Assembly (NCBI GenBank): GCA_965205485.1
Contig: OZ242180.1
Location: 2,720,001 to 2,784,000 of the forward strand
Origin: Candidatus Latescibacterota bacterium
Lineage (GTDB): Bacteria; Latescibacterota; UBA2968; GCA-2709665
DNA: 64,000 nt
Direction of reading: 5' to 3'
Shown here: one piece after another, positions 48,596-59,154 of the stretch
How the letters are laid out: every line of letters begins with the position of its first letter
Numbering within the stretch: position 1 is the first letter of the stretch
Notes under the pieces: generated by a model
What the model saw: the letters and a program-made list of their open reading frames with translations, nothing else
The model's database searches: none
What the model was told of the DNA's origin: nothing
Translations under genes and position numbers: made by a program

Positions 48596-48673
48596 GTCAG
48601 AAGCTTTCAGGTGGTGGGTCGTGAGTCGTCGTTCAATCGGAGGTTCAGGAACTGCGGCTGGTGGCGACTTCCG

Positions 48674-49771
48674 TCAGGCGACACGACGGCCCGCGATCTC
48701 GAACAGACGGTACTCCACCCAATCGTGTTCGCAGCAGGGCCCCCGGGCGAACCAGGCTCTACCATTTGACGGCTCCAGAACAATGCCGCAAATCGTCTGC
48801 CCGCATCCGTCCACGCTGTGCCTGCAGATCGAAACGGGGCTGTTCACGTGGTCGCCGAGCGCCGACTTGATCGTCTCGGCATCCGGATCGGCAGACCTGT
48901 TCAGAAGCCGCGTTGCCCGGCCCCAGCGTGCGAGGCTCTGGCCCCGCTGATCGTTCGCGCGGCGCTCCAGCGGTATGAGGCGTTCCGCCAGATAGTGATT
49001 CGAGTGCGCCATCGGTCCGTCGAACGGGCTGGTGGCCTCGTAGTCGGCGGCCGTGGTTTCCAGGTTGTAGATCTCCCCGTGCCGGTCGCACAGAACATAG
49101 TTCATGCCGGACGCCCGGCGAGAGGAGACCGCGGCGTCGATGGCGTCTCCGATTTGAGCCGTGGCGAGAATGCGCCTGATCACGAACGGGTAGGGGACGC
49201 CAGGTCCGGCGTCGCCGGGGACGAGGTTGTTGATGACAACACCGATACCTTCGCTGTTCAGACCCGCGCTCCCGAGCATTCCCGCCGTTGTGTACATGAG
49301 CGCGTCAGGTCCTGCACCGGTGATTCGCAGCAACACTGCCGCAGGCTGAAAGATCTCCACCAGGTCGTAATTCTGGCCGATGGCGGCACGTGCGCCGCCT
49401 TCCATATCAGGGACCATGAACGTCGTACATCCCGCCCCGATAAAGTTCGGGGAGAGATAGTCGAAAATGTCCAGGAAGCCGTTGAGCGCCATGATCTCCT
49501 CAATCGGCACACCCGCGCCATCGGCAATTCCTCCGGCCTCTTCCACCAGATCCGGAGCATAAGCTTCCGCGGGTTTCGCGTAGGTCGCGGCGATCTCAAG
49601 CACCCGTGTCTTGCTCAATACAGGTACGCGTTGGCGCCGGCTCGTGCGCTCCAGGTAGTCAAAATAGACCGGAATCAGCGCGCGAATTTCTTCACGGAAC
49701 GCCTCTCCGTGCGCCTGCCCGCGATTCGAGGGCGATCCTGACACCTCGAGGAGCGGAAAACCGTCGCTCAT
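48674..49771 (-). CDS. C45 family autoproteolytic acyltransferase/hydrolase
   Basis: RGQAHG, GCTT, GQNYD, GLNSEG, HSNH. Confidence 0.85.
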   Translation of the reverse strand: MSDGFPLLEVSGSPSNRGQAHGEAFREEIRALIPVYFDYLERTSRRQRVPVLSKTRVLEIAATYAKPAEAYAPDLVEEAGGIADGAGVPIEEIMALNGFLDIFDYLSPNFIGAGCTTFMVPDMEGGARAAIGQNYDLVEIFQPAAVLLRITGAGPDALMYTTAGMLGSAGLNSEGIGVVINNLVPGDAGPGVPYPFVIRRILATAQIGDAIDAAVSSRRASGMNYVLCDRHGEIYNLETTAADYEATSPFDGPMAHSNHYLAERLIPLERRANDQRGQSLARWGRATRLLNRSADPDAETIKSALGDHVNSPVSICRHSVDGCGQTICGIVLEPSNGRAWFARGPCCEHDWVEYRLFEIAGRRVA

Positions 49772-49821
49772 GTACACTCTCCTTCATCGTGATTACGGCG
49801 GCAATTCCTTCCGAAATGTGT

Positions 49822-51237
49822 TTACGACTCGCCACCGGCTGTTTCTTCGTTTTCCTCCGCGTCCCGCGCCTGCAATTTCCTGGCCGTCTTCGGGGACCCG
49901 ATGTAAAGTGAGTCGTAGGCCGCTTTCGAACTTGGAAAGGGGCCTTCGTGCCGGGTGCCGTGCCACTGCAGATTGGTGAACATCGGATTGGTCATCCCTG
50001 TTTCCGCCTCGCGCTTCGCAATCCACGCGTCCATGCGGTCTCTGAGCATCCGCGCCACGCCGGGTTCCTCTTCCGCAAGATTCACGTTCTCGCCCGGGTC
50101 TGCCACCAGGTTGTACAGCTCCACCTCGGGCTTCCCGTGGAAATCGGGCTCCAGCGCCACGATCAGCTTCCACTCGGGCGTGCGCCACCCGTGCTTGCGC
50201 ATCCAGGTGGCCTCCGTGATATAGAATTCAGACCGGTTGGACGCCCGCTGTCCGCAAATCAGCGGCAAGAGGCTGTTGCCGTCGAATTGGATGTCTGTCT
50301 GCACGTCCAGAAGCTCCAACAGGGTCGGCGCGAGATCGGGATGGCTCGTATAGCCGTTCACGCGCAGCCCTTCCGGCAGTACGCCGGGCAGACGCAGAAT
50401 CAGCGGGACATGCAGGGTGCAGTCGTACATCCCGTGATGATCGAAATAACAATCGTGATCGGCAAGCGTCTCCCCGTGGTCTCCGTTGTATACGACAAGC
50501 GTCTCGTCGGCAAGACCCAATTCCTCCAGGCGCGTGAGGATCCGCTGGATACAGGCATCCATATACGCGACTTCGCCGTCGTACTGGGCGATCACGTAGT
50601 CCGCGTCGGTGATGCCGGGTGGCATCCAGCTGAGATGAAAGTCCCGAAACGGCTTGAAATTCCGCACCGGTTCCATCGACGTTTTGGCGGGATCGCACGG
50701 GTCGCCGCTGTAAAACATCGTATCGTACGGCGGAGGCGGCAGGTAAGGCGCATGAGGGTCCATATGACGCAGAAACAGGAAGAAGGGTCGGTCGGCGGCG
50801 GCGAGCCGCTCCAGTTCCGGAATGGTAACGTCGTTCAGCCACTCGGCCTTGCGAAGGGGCCGTTGCTCCCATGATCCCCAGGCTTCGTAGTCGAGGTACC
50901 TGTCGAACCCCCGTGAGCTGGGATTGCCCGTGAAACCGACGCAAGTCGTATCGTATCCGGCGCCGCGCAGAATCTCGGAGAGACTCCTCACTTCGGGCCT
51001 TAGTCCGCCCTTGTGGCGCAGCGCCACGACCTGCGTGGAAAAACAATCCATGCCGGTCAGCATCGACGCATAGGCGGAGGTGGTTGGGATATGCGGGCTG
51101 AAGTTTTTCTCGAATAACACCCCCTGCGCGGCCAGCCGGTCCGCGTAGGGGGTCGTCAGCCGTCCGTATCCGTAACAGCTCATGTGGGCGGCCCACAGGC
51201 TGTCCACACCGAAAAACAACAGGTTCCGTTTTGGCAT
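49822..51237 (-). CDS. Sulfatase-like hydrolase
   Basis: DSL, PTTSAYASMLTG, DPHAPY, GDHGE. Confidence 0.85.
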   Translation of the reverse strand: MPKRNLLFFGVDSLWAAHMSCYGYGRLTTPYADRLAAQGVLFEKNFSPHIPTTSAYASMLTGMDCFSTQVVALRHKGGLRPEVRSLSEILRGAGYDTTCVGFTGNPSSRGFDRYLDYEAWGSWEQRPLRKAEWLNDVTIPELERLAAADRPFFLFLRHMDPHAPYLPPPPYDTMFYSGDPCDPAKTSMEPVRNFKPFRDFHLSWMPPGITDADYVIAQYDGEVAYMDACIQRILTRLEELGLADETLVVYNGDHGETLADHDCYFDHHGMYDCTLHVPLILRLPGVLPEGLRVNGYTSHPDLAPTLLELLDVQTDIQFDGNSLLPLICGQRASNRSEFYITEATWMRKHGWRTPEWKLIVALEPDFHGKPEVELYNLVADPGENVNLAEEEPGVARMLRDRMDAWIAKREAETGMTNPMFTNLQWHGTRHEGPFPSSKAAYDSLYIGSPKTARKLQARDAEENEETAGGES

Positions 51238-51511
51238 GGTTGATGGACCCTTCTCGTCCGGCGAACAGGCGGCGGTACCGACAGGGAAATCACCGGACCC
51301 CGTCGCTCCACCAGTATTAGCCTCAATCCGAAAAAAACAGCAACGCGGTGACGCGATAAAACCCTCCGAAACGGGGCATTATCGACGTATAGAAGGACGT
51401 TTTTTTCCTTCACGGCCGGTGACCTGGTGTATCCTGGTAATCAGCCGTCTAATCGCCTTTATTTACAAACATATATTCGAATTAACGTTCCCGAGGACTT
51501 ACGAATCAAGG

Positions 51512-52606
51512 TTAGTCCTGCATCAGCGGGAGTTGCACAGGCTGTCCGGTTTCGTAACACTGCAAGGCCGCAAACGCAATCTCGTGCGTAACAATCGCGT
51601 CGTCCAGGTTGCAGTGCGATTCCGTGCCGGTCTGAATGCATTCCACGAAGTGATCCATCTGACCCTGGAACGGGTGGTGGGTCACGTCCGCGCTGTCCGG
51701 CAGGATCGCCGGAATCTCCACCCAGCTGTTCTGTCCGGGATACTTGTGCGACCAGACCCTGTTGTCTTTTACGGTACCCTTGTTACCGAAAATTTCTACC
51801 GGGAACGTGTAGGGCATGATGCACCCATAGTTCACAGAGACCTTTCCGACGGCCCCATTTGAAAACTTCACCAGGGCGACTTCCAGGTCGTCGTACTCCA
51901 GGGGAAGGCCGTCCACCCACTTGTTGGCCAGGTAGTCGAACTCTTTCTTGAGACCCTTCCGGTAACCGCCCGAATAGGCGAACACCTCCACGGGTTTCGC
52001 CGCTTCGAACTCGCCTTGGGCCGCGAACCAGCGCAGGGAGTCGATGGCGTGGCATCCGCCGGTCAGAAACGCGCTCACGCCCGTACTCGTCTTTCTGGCC
52101 TCGTCCCAGCCCGTCCACCAGCTTGCGATATCGTGCTGATAGTCGGCTTCCACGTAGAAGACGTCTCCCAGGGCGTCGTCGGCGACCATGGACTTGATGG
52201 TCTCGAACAGCGGATTCCATCGCAGCACGAAGCTCACGACCGTACGAACGCCCGCCTCGTTCACCGCCGTGCGCATGGCCCTGATCTCGTCCAGGCTGTT
52301 GGCGATGGGCTTCTCGATGACGACGTGTTTCCCGCCCTCCGCCGCGGCGATGGTATTCTCGGCGTGAAAGCGCTGCGGCGTGCAGACGCACACGATGTCA
52401 ACACCGTCGTGCGACAGCGCCTGCTCATAGTTGTCGTACAGACCGATGCCCTCCAGACCGGCCTCTTCGGCACGCGTCCGGGCGCTGGACAGTTTCCGGC
52501 TGGATACAGCCACCACTTCGGTATGCGGGTTGTTGGTGAAGGCCATGATGTGCTGCGTGGAAACCCAGCCCGCGCCGTGTACAAGAACTCCCAGTTTTTC
52601 GGCCAT
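51512..52606 (-). CDS. Gfo/Idh/MocA oxidoreductase
   Basis: GAGWV, GKHVVIEKP, GCHAID. Confidence 0.9.
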   Translation of the reverse strand: MAEKLGVLVHGAGWVSTQHIMAFTNNPHTEVVAVSSRKLSSARTRAEEAGLEGIGLYDNYEQALSHDGVDIVCVCTPQRFHAENTIAAAEGGKHVVIEKPIANSLDEIRAMRTAVNEAGVRTVVSFVLRWNPLFETIKSMVADDALGDVFYVEADYQHDIASWWTGWDEARKTSTGVSAFLTGGCHAIDSLRWFAAQGEFEAAKPVEVFAYSGGYRKGLKKEFDYLANKWVDGLPLEYDDLEVALVKFSNGAVGKVSVNYGCIMPYTFPVEIFGNKGTVKDNRVWSHKYPGQNSWVEIPAILPDSADVTHHPFQGQMDHFVECIQTGTESHCNLDDAIVTHEIAFAALQCYETGQPVQLPLMQD

Positions 52607-52684
52607 CTCAAACCTCCTTGGCGTGTTTTCGGGCGGCGGGCGGCCGCGCGTCTGCCTGGATGCGCCCCCGACCCGGTAGTGCAA

Positions 52685-54115
52685 CTACAACCGTGACTGA
52701 TCGAAGAGCGGCACATGCGACAGGGCCGCTTCGCCAACTTCCAGTGAGCCTCCCGTCACCGGTGTATTGTTTCTGATGTAATCCATGAGCAGGTGGTGAT
52801 ACGCCTCTGCGACGTCGGGATGATCTGCCGCCACGTTATGCAGTTCATCGGGATCGGACACCAGATCGTAGAGCTCGGGCGGCGCCAGCGGTTGCGCGTT
52901 TCCGTCCGCCGACGCGGGGTTGTTCTTCACCCAGGGTGTCTGGTAGTTCCATTCCCTGCTGCGAACGCTGGCGTAGTTGCCGAACGCGGTAGTCACGTGG
53001 TCCGGCCCGCCCTCAGACTCTCCCGTCACGTATTTCCGGAGATCTTCGCCCAGACATCGATCCGGGGCATCGATCCCCATCAGTCCCAGAAGGGTGGGCA
53101 TCAGGTCCTGGTGTTGCACAAAGGCATTCGCGACGCTGCCGCCAAAGGTATCCACGTCCGGGTGCCGAATGATCAGAGGCACCTGCGTGCATTGCCAGCG
53201 CAGCCGGCTGGGACCTTTATGGAGTTGCCCCTGTTCTCCCATCATCGTGCCGTGGTCGGAGAGGAAGACGACGATCGAGTTTTCCAGCAGCCCGAGGTCT
53301 TCCGCAGTTTCCATCAGCCTCCCGAACCACCGGTCGATCAGCGCGCAAAGGCCCCGGTAGTGCGCCCGCACCCGGTGTACCTGGTTTTCGCTCATCCCCT
53401 CCGTGCTGGCCGGTGGAAATATCCACTCCACGCCGTCGTGGTCGTCCCCTTCATAATGTTGTTCCACCAGTTCGGGAGGGGCAAACCATGGTTCGTGCGG
53501 AAAGAAGCACTCCAGCCAGAGCATGAACGGCTGCTGCCGCGCATTTTCCCTGAGGAATTCGATGCCCTTCCGAAGCACCCGCACGCTGCACCAGTCGGTC
53601 TCGTCTTTCCAGTCCCGGCTGTTCATCAGAAACTGGGTCAGCACGGGCGAGCCCACGCCGGTTGGATCGAACCGGCCAACCGGAACGGCGTCCCGGGGCC
53701 CGGCCACAACGTAGTCCATTTCCTGACCGCGTTCCCAGTTGAACTGGACGAACCCCCGGTGGAAGTTCTTGCCCGGCTTGAACTGGTGCGGCAGATCGCT
53801 GATCAGCCCCGTTACGTATCCGTGTTCGACCAGCCACTCCGCCAGCGTCACGTCTTCGTGAAACAGGGGATGCCAGCCGGCAAGCTGCACCCGGTCCCAT
53901 TTCTGAGGCGCCCACAGGAACGGGAAGATCGGCCGCCCGGTATAGAGCACCCGGCGGGCGGGCAGCGTGGGTATGCCTTCGCCGAATGCGGAATCGAAAC
54001 GCACGCCTTCCTCGGCAAGGCGGTCGATATTGGGCGTCCGGACCGGCGAGTCGTCCCGGTAACAGCTCAGATGGTCCACGCGGAAGGTGTCGCTGCACAA
54101 CACGATCAGATTCAC
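52685..54115 (-). CDS. Sulfatase-like hydrolase
   Basis: DTFRVDH, PTLPARRVLYTG, PHEPW, SDHG. Confidence 0.85.
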   Translation of the reverse strand: MNLIVLCSDTFRVDHLSCYRDDSPVRTPNIDRLAEEGVRFDSAFGEGIPTLPARRVLYTGRPIFPFLWAPQKWDRVQLAGWHPLFHEDVTLAEWLVEHGYVTGLISDLPHQFKPGKNFHRGFVQFNWERGQEMDYVVAGPRDAVPVGRFDPTGVGSPVLTQFLMNSRDWKDETDWCSVRVLRKGIEFLRENARQQPFMLWLECFFPHEPWFAPPELVEQHYEGDDHDGVEWIFPPASTEGMSENQVHRVRAHYRGLCALIDRWFGRLMETAEDLGLLENSIVVFLSDHGTMMGEQGQLHKGPSRLRWQCTQVPLIIRHPDVDTFGGSVANAFVQHQDLMPTLLGLMGIDAPDRCLGEDLRKYVTGESEGGPDHVTTAFGNYASVRSREWNYQTPWVKNNPASADGNAQPLAPPELYDLVSDPDELHNVAADHPDVAEAYHHLLMDYIRNNTPVTGGSLEVGEAALSHVPLFDQSRL

Positions 54116-54199
54116 AGAAACCTCGGTACGACCCGCGAGGGAGAATAGAAAAGCGGCATTGGGGGCGACTCGCGGCGTGTCCCCGGCGATCTGAAACGC

Positions 54200-54802
54200 T
54201 TAGTCGACCACGTTCCGTCCGCCGTCGTCCAGGCTGTCGGGACGCCGCCAGTACGTGAATTGGGGCGTCCAGTCTTCTTCGCCGAGGCCGGCCAGCCCCA
54301 ACAGCGGCCACATCGAGCAATAAATGTCACCCGGGCCGAACACACACGCGTTCTTGCGGAGAATCGTGTCAGCGTCGCGCTCGTAAACCACCGCGCCGGG
54401 GAAGTTGTCGTCCCCTTCCATCACGGATTGCTCGCGGATGTAGTCTCCGCCGCCGTGGGAGGCCAGTTGAAACCGCCACCCGCGCGCGTTCGCGAAACGG
54501 CGCTGGGTTTCCGGCGGGTCCTTCGACAGGAGGACCACCGCCAGAGCGGACTCCAGATGCGGGAGCAGTCCGTTGAAGCCGTCCGCCCAGAGCGTGCAAT
54601 AGCGGCAGCCCTGGCCCATGTTGTGGATGGCCAGCAGCCTGTCCCTGTCGCCGAACAGGTCGAGCAGCGTGGCTTCGCCCGCCATCGTTTCAAACGTGTA
54701 ATTGGGGACAGGCGTTGCCGGGTTTTCTTTCTGCAGGGCGTGGAGTTCCGCCATCAGTTCACCAATTTGCCGCTCCAGTTCCAGGATTCTATCGTTCGAC
54801 AT
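54200..54802 (-). CDS. DUF899 family protein
   Basis: LLDLFG, GCRYCTLWADG. Confidence 0.8.
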   Translation of the reverse strand: MSNDRILELERQIGELMAELHALQKENPATPVPNYTFETMAGEATLLDLFGDRDRLLAIHNMGQGCRYCTLWADGFNGLLPHLESALAVVLLSKDPPETQRRFANARGWRFQLASHGGGDYIREQSVMEGDDNFPGAVVYERDADTILRKNACVFGPGDIYCSMWPLLGLAGLGEEDWTPQFTYWRRPDSLDDGGRNVVD

Positions 54803-55077
54803 ATCCCGCCTCTTGCAATGGTCAGATGGCGTATTCCGACAAGCGCCGACGCGCGCCTCAGACGCCTGCGACTGGCCGTTCCGTCAGATCCGAAAACGGA
54901 CTGTTAACCTAATGCCTGAGCCCAAACGCCGCAAGCGGAATAGATATCCGGCGGGACAGCGCCTCCGGCTCGAACTGTTCGTTGAGCGGAAGGCCATTGA
55001 CATCGCCAGACGTACCGGATATCTTGAAACGAACGTCCATCTTCGGGTAATGCGAGTCATCCGACACGGATCCAGCC

Positions 55078-56064
55078 ATGCTACCGAGCGTGCTTCCTCT
55101 AAAACCCTATTTCCGAGAGATGATCTGGGGCGGACGCGGGCTGCGAGAGCATTTCGACAAGGCCCTGCCGCCCGGACGGCTCTACGGCGAATCCTGGGAA
55201 GTCTCCGCGTACCCGGGCATGGAGAGTACCGTCGCGGCCGGCCCGCTTTACGGACGGTCCCTTCGCTCCCTTGTTGAATCGCACGGCCGCGAGTTGCTCG
55301 GCGACGTGGTCTTTGACCGTTACGGAGGCGAATTCCCCCTGCTCGTCAAGCTGCTGGACGCACAACAGGACCTTTCCATCCAGGTACACCCGGACGATGC
55401 CTACGCCCGGATGAAACGTCCGGGGGAATTCGGGAAAATGGAAGCCTGGTACGTGCTCCGATCGGAAGACGGCCGCATCGCGTGCGGCCTGAAACCCGGT
55501 GTTGACAGATCCGCGTTCGTCGATGCGATCCACAACAACCGCGTCTCGGATGCCGTCGAGTTTTACCACGCCCGCCAAGGGGACGTCGTCTTCATCCCGC
55601 CGGGAACGGTCCACGCCCTCTGCGCCGGGGTCATGGTTTACGAGGTCCAGCAATCCAGCGACATCACCTTCCGCATTTTCGACTACAACCGCACCGGCGC
55701 CGACGGGAAACCCAGGGAGTTGCATATTGACGACGCCCTGGCGGTCATCGATTTCGACGGTCCGCGCCGGAAACCCGTGGCGTCGTCCACGCTATCCTCG
55801 ACAGGTCCCAGCCGGACAGTTCTCGTCGAGTCCGAACACTTCCGGCTGGAACGTTTCAATCCCTCCGGAAACAGAGTCGATCATCCACCTCGCACTTCGG
55901 TATCGGCGGTCACGTTTATTCACGGCAGCGCCGGAATCCGCGGCGGCGACGACGCCTTTCACGCGAGGATAGGGGGCACGTTTCTCGTCCGCGCGGGCCG
56001 TGACTTTGCCGTCATCCGCCGCGATAATTTCCCCGCCGAATACCTGGTTGCGTCGGTTCCTTAA
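55078..56064 (+). CDS. manA: Class I mannose-6-phosphate isomerase
   Basis: WGG, GESWE, PLLVKLLDA..LSIQVHPDD, GTVHA, EVQQSSD; promoter TTGACA-17-TATCTT at 54997-55025. Confidence 0.88.
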   Translation: MLPSVLPLKPYFREMIWGGRGLREHFDKALPPGRLYGESWEVSAYPGMESTVAAGPLYGRSLRSLVESHGRELLGDVVFDRYGGEFPLLVKLLDAQQDLSIQVHPDDAYARMKRPGEFGKMEAWYVLRSEDGRIACGLKPGVDRSAFVDAIHNNRVSDAVEFYHARQGDVVFIPPGTVHALCAGVMVYEVQQSSDITFRIFDYNRTGADGKPRELHIDDALAVIDFDGPRRKPVASSTLSSTGPSRTVLVESEHFRLERFNPSGNRVDHPPRTSVSAVTFIHGSAGIRGGDDAFHARIGGTFLVRAGRDFAVIRRDNFPAEYLVASVP

Positions 56065-56088
56065 GTCGTCCGCGATTTCGACAAAATG

Positions 56089-56121
56089 AAGCCCCGGAGA
56101 AGCAATTCTCCGGGGCTTTTT
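56089..56121 (+). terminator. Intrinsic terminator between convergent genes
   Basis: AAGCCCCGGAGAA-GCAA-TTCTCCGGGGCTT-TTT. Confidence 0.8.
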
Positions 56122-56148
56122 GGGACCGACTTCGTCTCGAACGCGAAT

Positions 56149-56604
56149 TCACACAACATTCTCACGGTCGCGACTGTTCGCCATTTCGGCCGTGATTTGC
56201 ATTAAATGATCCAGTTCTTCAGGCGCGTATACCGGGATGGTTGCGCGTTTGAAATCGCCGATGTTTCTGGTTACGATTCCGTCCGCATTCACGTTCAGGG
56301 CCGCATGATACATTACTGCGTCCTCGAAGTCCGTGAATTTCGACTGGAGGGCTCCTTCCAGCACGGCCAGGTTTACCGGCGCGACGTCAAGCAGGTCTAT
56401 CAGGTTTCCGATTTCGCGGCGCGCCTGGCGATCTCCTACCGTTCTGCGAGCAAGATAGTGGACGGTCGTCACGGTCGTCGCGCTGATAAATCCGGACATC
56501 TCGCCCTCGTCGACCCTGGAAAAAAGCCGGGCGGCGATATCTGAAAACGGCTCGCGATCCAGCAGAAGATCCAGCACCACGTTGGTATCGAAGAGAATCT
56601 TCAA
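56149..56604 (-). CDS. PIN-domain toxin
   Basis: ILFDTNVVLD, DFEDA, IVTRN. Confidence 0.88.
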   Translation of the reverse strand: MKILFDTNVVLDLLLDREPFSDIAARLFSRVDEGEMSGFISATTVTTVHYLARRTVGDRQARREIGNLIDLLDVAPVNLAVLEGALQSKFTDFEDAVMYHAALNVNADGIVTRNIGDFKRATIPVYAPEELDHLMQITAEMANSRDRENVV

Positions 56605-56831
56605 AGATATTTGTCCTCGAGATACCTCCGGTAATCTTCCGGGCTGGCGCCTCGCAACGAGCCCTTCATCGATCGCACCGTGGGACTGATATCAGGTCCA
56701 TCCCGTCCACGTCCCAGAAGCACGAAATAGTCGGCGACGATCCGGGAGACGGATTTCCCTCTGGACCTCGCGAATTCTTTGGCGACGCCGATGAGTTCTT
56801 CTTCCAGCCGAAGCGTGAGCTTGGTCTGCAT
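56601..56831 (-). CDS. DUF6364-like RHH antitoxin
   Basis: MQTKLTLRL..AKEFA..GKSVSRIV..YLEDKY; overlaps the PIN gene. Confidence 0.8.
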   Translation of the reverse strand: MQTKLTLRLEEELIGVAKEFARSRGKSVSRIVADYFVLLGRGRDGPDISPTVRSMKGSLRGASPEDYRRYLEDKYL

Positions 56832-56850
56832 TTCATTCTCTCAATTTAGA

Positions 56851-56899
56851 TGACGTATTACTTTTCGAAAAATATACGTCAAGCAGGTCGCTATGTCAA
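56851..56899 (-). promoter_or_regulatory. TA promoter with palindromic operator
   Basis: TTGACA-17-TATATT; TGACGTAT-N15-ATACGTCA overlapping the -10. Confidence 0.7.
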
Positions 56900-56988
56900 G
56901 ATTGGGGTATATGAAAAAGGCGCCGGCAAAGCGACGCCCTAAACGACTATATCATGCGAAGCACGAACCGTTGTCCGAGTTGTCGCGT

Positions 56989-57447
56989 CTACTCCTCTCC
57001 GTCGTAATATTCCGCATCGGTCATGCGGCCCAGCTTGCCCGGAGGCCGGATGGCCCATTTGTCCGAATCCGGATAGTAGCAGGGATCGCAGACGGGGTTG
57101 TCGGCAATGACGTAGTAGACCATGTCTTCGTCCTCGCTGGGATTGCGAATGTGGTGCGCCGTGCCGGGCGGCTGGACGAACACGTCGCCGGCCTCGACCT
57201 CGAACGTTCGGTTGTTCCGACGGACGATACCGCGGCCGCTGACGACGATGTAGAACTCCCACTGGACCTGGTGCGCGTGATACGGGAAGTTGGTCATGCC
57301 GGCAGGAATCCGCACCCAGTCGACTTCGAACGGCTGCCCTTCGGTTCCCAGGGCGCCCGAAATGTCCTTTCGCGATACGCAGAAACTCCCGCGGGGCGAA
57401 CGATGCAGCTTTTCGTCTAAATCGGGTTCATGGATCTTTTCAATCAT
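56989..57447 (-). CDS. Cupin domain protein
   Basis: PYHAH..WEFYIVVSG, AHHIRN, YYPDSDK. Confidence 0.85.
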   Translation of the reverse strand: MIEKIHEPDLDEKLHRSPRGSFCVSRKDISGALGTEGQPFEVDWVRIPAGMTNFPYHAHQVQWEFYIVVSGRGIVRRNNRTFEVEAGDVFVQPPGTAHHIRNPSEDEDMVYYVIADNPVCDPCYYPDSDKWAIRPPGKLGRMTDAEYYDGEE

Positions 57448-57481
57448 ATTGTCTTCCTCCCAAAAAGCCGCGAACGATCCT

Positions 57482-58147
57482 TCAGGCGCCCCGCATCCAA
57501 CCACCGGCCACCCTGGCCAGTTCCTCCAGAACGGGTTCGTTGGTATTCCTTCGTTTCAGCACCTTGAACCCGTGGTCCGCGGTATCCACCACGTGGAGCG
57601 TCGCATGGTTCAGCCCGTGAACGACGGGCTCGAGCAGTTTCATGTCCGCCATCTTGTCGCGCTGCCCTGAGAGAAACAGCATCGGTACCGATACATCCTG
57701 CAGATGTCCGGCGCGCTCTACATTCGGTTTTCCCGCGTGCAGGGGAAATGCGAAAAACACGATTCCCCTCAATCCATCCATCGGTTCCTGCGAACAGGCC
57801 ATGGAGACCATGCGCCCGCTCATGGAATGCCCGCCCGCGAAAACTGGCAGGCAGTTCGCATGATCCAAAGCGGTCGCGACGGCGGCGCGCACCGTGGCCA
57901 GGCGCACCTTCTCTCCGTCCATGCCCCCGCCCCTTTCGGAGTAGGGATAGTTGAATCGAAATGTGGCGATGTCCGCGTCGTTTAACACATCGCTCAGATC
58001 CTGCATGAACGCGTGACGCATATTGGTGCCGGCGCCATGGCCCAGAACGAGCAGCGCATCCGCCCCGTCCGGCTTCGCGATCAACCCAGACACCTCGCCC
58101 TTTTCTTCCGTCGCAAGAAACTTCAAATCTACGGTTTCAACGGGCAT
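57482..58147 (-). CDS. Alpha/beta hydrolase (KANL3/Tex30-like)
   Basis: HGAG, GGHSMSGR, FPLH, ADHGF. Confidence 0.85.
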   Translation of the reverse strand: MPVETVDLKFLATEEKGEVSGLIAKPDGADALLVLGHGAGTNMRHAFMQDLSDVLNDADIATFRFNYPYSERGGGMDGEKVRLATVRAAVATALDHANCLPVFAGGHSMSGRMVSMACSQEPMDGLRGIVFFAFPLHAGKPNVERAGHLQDVSVPMLFLSGQRDKMADMKLLEPVVHGLNHATLHVVDTADHGFKVLKRRNTNEPVLEELARVAGGWMRGA

Positions 58148-58394
58148 GAGTTTTCCTTCCTGAATGACTTGGACTGTGGTTGCTGGCACTGTTTCGCAAA
58201 TCGTCAGTCTGTGATTTCTGGTCCACCGCCATCGCCTTCCCGTCAATTACCGGTAATTGTAGGGGCGTCCCTTGTGGGCGCCCGGCCTCTTGAGGGAATC
58301 TGCAATGTTCCGCGCCGCGGTGTCGCCGCATTCTTTCCCTGGAGCGAGGGCATCCTGCCGTCGAAGCCTGACGTCAGATGCAGTCGAATTCGGG

Positions 58395-58574
58395 TCAATT
58401 CACAGACGTCTTGTGTTTCATTCTCCCCGCCTGCTGGGACTGTTGCAGCAACTCCGTCCGTTTCTTCCAGAAAACCAGTTGTTCTTCCATCGTCATGCCC
58501 GCAGTCAGACTCCGGATTCGTTCAGCGCCGCGGCGTTTCATTTCAACGCAGTCAAACGTCTTCTTCGTCTTCAT
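58395..58574 (-). CDS. Small hypothetical protein (possibly antitoxin-like)
   Basis: MKTKKTFDCVEMKRRGAERI..MTMEEQLVFW; RBS AGGAG. Confidence 0.55.
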   Translation of the reverse strand: MKTKKTFDCVEMKRRGAERIRSLTAGMTMEEQLVFWKKRTELLQQSQQAGRMKHKTSVN

Positions 58575-58634
58575 AATAAATCGTCTCCTGAGGGGAATGG
58601 ATCGCAATATCTGTGTGTCGGGAGGATGTTTTCA

Positions 58635-59096
58635 TCATCCCCACGTGATCCGCGAGTCGTCCGGCGTACCGCACGCGGGGCCGCCGTGATCGTCAGTCAA
58701 CTTCAGCCTCACGACGATGGGTTCATCCGACTCGAGCGCCTGTTCGATCTCCGGCCATTCCAGGTGCGTGAGCCGGATCTTGAGTCGCCGGAACATGTTG
58801 AATCGATCGGACCGCTTCACGCCCCAGGATAGATAGAAGAACCGGTCCCGGGGCCTGCCCTGCGCGTACGGACCCAGGAAATTGGGAGACCCGTCCCATT
58901 GTTTCCCGATCCTGAACTCCGGATGAAACACCACCCGATGCCGGTCGGCCGGGACCTGTTCGATAACTTCGGTCCCGCGCTGGATTCCCAGATACACCGG
59001 CTCCTTGACCCTGGGTTCGTGTTTGTAAGGGTCTTCGAAACGGAGTCCCGGCAATCGCGAGCACAGCACTTTCAATTTCAGCTGCTTATCTGACAT
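58635..59096 (-). CDS. DUF5990 family protein
   Basis: LGIQRG, GPYAQG..DRFFYLSWG, MFRRLK, GGPAC. Confidence 0.75.
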   Translation of the reverse strand: MSDKQLKLKVLCSRLPGLRFEDPYKHEPRVKEPVYLGIQRGTEVIEQVPADRHRVVFHPEFRIGKQWDGSPNFLGPYAQGRPRDRFFYLSWGVKRSDRFNMFRRLKIRLTHLEWPEIEQALESDEPIVVRLKLTDDHGGPACGTPDDSRITWG

Positions 59097-59154
59097 CACA
59101 CCTGTCCGAAATCGTCTTTAACGACCGCAATCACGACATGATCCACCAGTAACC

